Shown here: in pieces, positions 50,220 to 52,651 of the stretch
Layout: the number at the start of each line of letters is the position of its first letter
Position numbering within the stretch: the first letter of the stretch is position 1
From: Trichosphaerium sp. ATCC 40318
Lineage: Eukaryota > Protista > Tubulinea
DNA: 52,651 bases
Assembly: GCA_038496445.1 (NCBI GenBank)
Contig: JALMLS010000375.1
Span: 1-52,651 of the forward strand
Direction: 5' to 3'
Made by a program: the position numbers and the translations under genes
The notes under the pieces: model-generated
Seen by the model: only the letters and a program-made list of their open reading frames with translations
Told to the model about the DNA's origin: nothing
Databases searched by the model: none

Positions 50220-52481
50220 ATGGATACGGAAAGTTCGCGATCTCCTGATGAGTCGTCATGCGAATCTAAAGGCAAGTAACTGGTTTTTCTTTTGTGCGTG
50301 CTTAAGTGTTTGTGAGTGGTTTTAGGCGAAGCAGACTTTTTTGAGGACGTAATTGAGTTTGGTCGAAAAGCCATAAAGCTACACCACTCGAAACCGCGAC
50401 AACATAAGATTGATCTAAAATCCGCTACGATATTCCCAAGAGAATACTTGTCATCACGTGAGTGGAGGGACCTTGCCTCTGCATGTAATAAAAGAAAAAA
50501 ATCCGGGTAAGTACAAACTGCTTGGGTTCTTACTTGCTAAATGGTTGCTAGTAAACCTAACAAGAACGACGCCAAGGAGTATTTTAAAACATATATTGTA
50601 ATACAGAAAGATGTGGATGCGTTTAAACAGCATTTGTCCACCATAAAGGAGGTAGGCTTTTTTGTTAAGCCATTACCAAAAAATCTTGCTAGTTTTATGG
50701 AGCCACCCTCACTTCACGCTTACTGTTTTAGATGGAAAGTGATGGTAGTATATTTTACGGTCACAGTACTGAAGTTTATAGTAAGGCAGTTTTCTTGGCT
50801 AACAAGAAAGCAAGAAACCAAGTAAGTGCATTCTTTTATTTTTAGTGTTTTTGGGTATAATGTTTTATTAAAGTTGTTCTTGGCCATACGTCAAAGATTA
50901 TTCTCAAAAGGTAATAGACGATGCAATAGCTCAATGTTTACAAACGCCCAAAACATACAAGACAAGGTACTGAAAAGTCATATAGCAACCCAGTTTGTAA
51001 TTGACAAAAAATTAGCTGAAACAGTTCTTAACTTCGAACGGTCTTGAATTCAAAAAACCTGATCACGTGGGAGATCTAAGCATTTACAACGCTGTCATGA
51101 ACTTTGATTTAGATCTTTTATTCAACAAAGGTGTATTTGAAGATACTATCTATGGGCTGGAGATCAATTACTCAAAATACTATTGGAAGTCGTTACATTG
51201 TGGGTACACTGTTCAAGCAATGTTACTGGAAATGTATCCAACACGATTTGATTTAGGAACTTTGTATTTTTTCTTGTTCCTCGTTTGTTTTTTTTTGGCA
51301 CTTACAAGTAATAGCAACGCAATTACTCGACATGTATACAGACGCATTGAAAACTGCCAAAACCAAGAATAAGTCAGCTGCTTTGATAATAAAAGAACTA
51401 CAAGATAATCTGGAAAGTCACAAGAAAGACTACACGCGAGGCAACGTGAAGAATACTGAACGAGCAATTACACCAAAAGGTAACTTGGTTTTTTCTCACT
51501 TTTTTCTTCATATACGCATTTATAATATTTCCTAACACTCATAGTACCTTACTTCAGATATGAATCTGAATCATTAAGCCCACATGATGTTGAAGAAAGT
51601 GAGGACAAAAGTGTTGATAAGGATGCGAACGAAATCATTTGTATTCACACAGAACCCAACTGTAGTACTATTTCTGAGCGCATGGCTGCGTACAAGAAAG
51701 ATCAAGAAGAATTGAAACGTATAAGAAACAAACTGTCTGCCATTGATACCCAAGACACACTTCCAAAACTCAAAAGGAAAAGAGTGGTTAATACAACTAC
51801 TCAATCAACAATCAACAAGAAACAAAAAAGAGCACCGAAAATAGATATGCCTGCTACTTCAACGAATATTGTTGATTCAATGCAAGTTGATACAACACTA
51901 GCTCCTCACACAACTAACCAAGAGACCAACATAATAGACCTACCAGCAATGCCTCCCTTGATACAACCAAAAATTCCTCAAACAGTAAACAAATCAGCAA
52001 GATTTGAGCCAATGTTGCTTCCAAAATCACAAAATACGACACCATTGCCTCCACTCACATTGCCAACATTATCACCTCCGAGCATTCAACAAGTAATACC
52101 AGAACCAGAATCACGTGTGACAGAAATACAACAAATGACAGAAGTACAACAAATTTCCTTAACAACCTTAAATGATGATAGCTCAAGTGAAGGTACAACA
52201 TTTAGTATTACACGCTTACTATACCTAAAAAGTCTATAAAGAATTACCTGAAGACTTTAAGGATATTGGAGAAGATTATGTGATGATTGTTAGTTTCAGT
52301 AAGCAGCTACTACTCTAGGACTAATCCATTGAACCATATTTTGAAAAACTGAAACTAAAACTTTGTTCAGGAGGCAAGTACTATAAACAAACGTCAAAAA
52401 CTGGAAAGTACATTGAAGAATGCATTAACCTGGACAAATGATGGTAAACCACTGGACATGTTGTATTTACATGGTACTTAA
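50220..52481 (+). CDS. Unknown family, paralog 3
   Basis: MDTESSRS...GRKAIKLHHSKPR...YIVIQKD...SLHCGYTVQAMLLEMYPTRFDL...LKRKRV...LPEDFKDIGEDYVMIVSF...LYLHGT*; core intron positions shared with paralog 2. Confidence 0.78.
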
Positions 52482-52651
52482 TAAAGTATTGTGACTGTCA
52501 CAAACAATTGCTCTTATAAACCTTCAGTTTATATACTATCTCATTATGCAGTTACACAAACTGGTTGTTTAGTCTACAGAATTGAAGGGTAAGTTGTTTT
52601 AACAGTAATCTCAATTTTGGCACATTATGGCCACAACCGTAGCTTCAGAAG

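Noticed and set aside
1-52651. Alternative genetic code or prokaryotic operon/defence system
   Set aside because: The fragmented ORFs are explained by spliceosomal introns; spliced conserved genes read through under the standard code and end in TAA, TAG or TGA.

Overview
AT-rich, intron-dense eukaryotic DNA with short GT-AG introns (often GTACGT/GTAAGT donors) and several GC-AG introns. The gene content suggests an amoeboid protist, but this is inference and the species cannot be named. The raw ORF track is fragmentary, so I spliced the genes by eye and the coordinates are approximate. From left to right: an indel-ridden second copy (1-3982) of 16662-20643 joined to a truncated IPT/TIG-domain gene; PDI (2x CGHC, HDEL); an arginase-fold gene missing three Mn ligands; a large gene with 7 calpain-III (C2L) domains, a coiled coil, a WW domain, polyproline and a C-terminal WAVE-like WCA module; two convergent paralogous Asp-box membrane proteins; a secreted type-I glutaminyl cyclase on a mucin stalk; a stand-alone ArfGAP; a bacterial PpiA-type secreted cyclophilin with a tRNA-Val(AAC)-like gene in an intron; a p24/TMED gene; a secreted degenerate metalloprotease-like/IPT/mucin protein; two F-box-LRR genes; a small-GTPase cluster (two Ras with Q61R, a MITE in a decayed LRR gene, an F-box-Ras pseudogene, and a Rab-like protein with an N-myristoylation motif and no prenylation Cys); and three paralogs of an unrecognised family. 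The best candidate for a new system is the calpain-III-array/WW/WCA protein, a possible new type of Arp2/3 nucleation-promoting factor.
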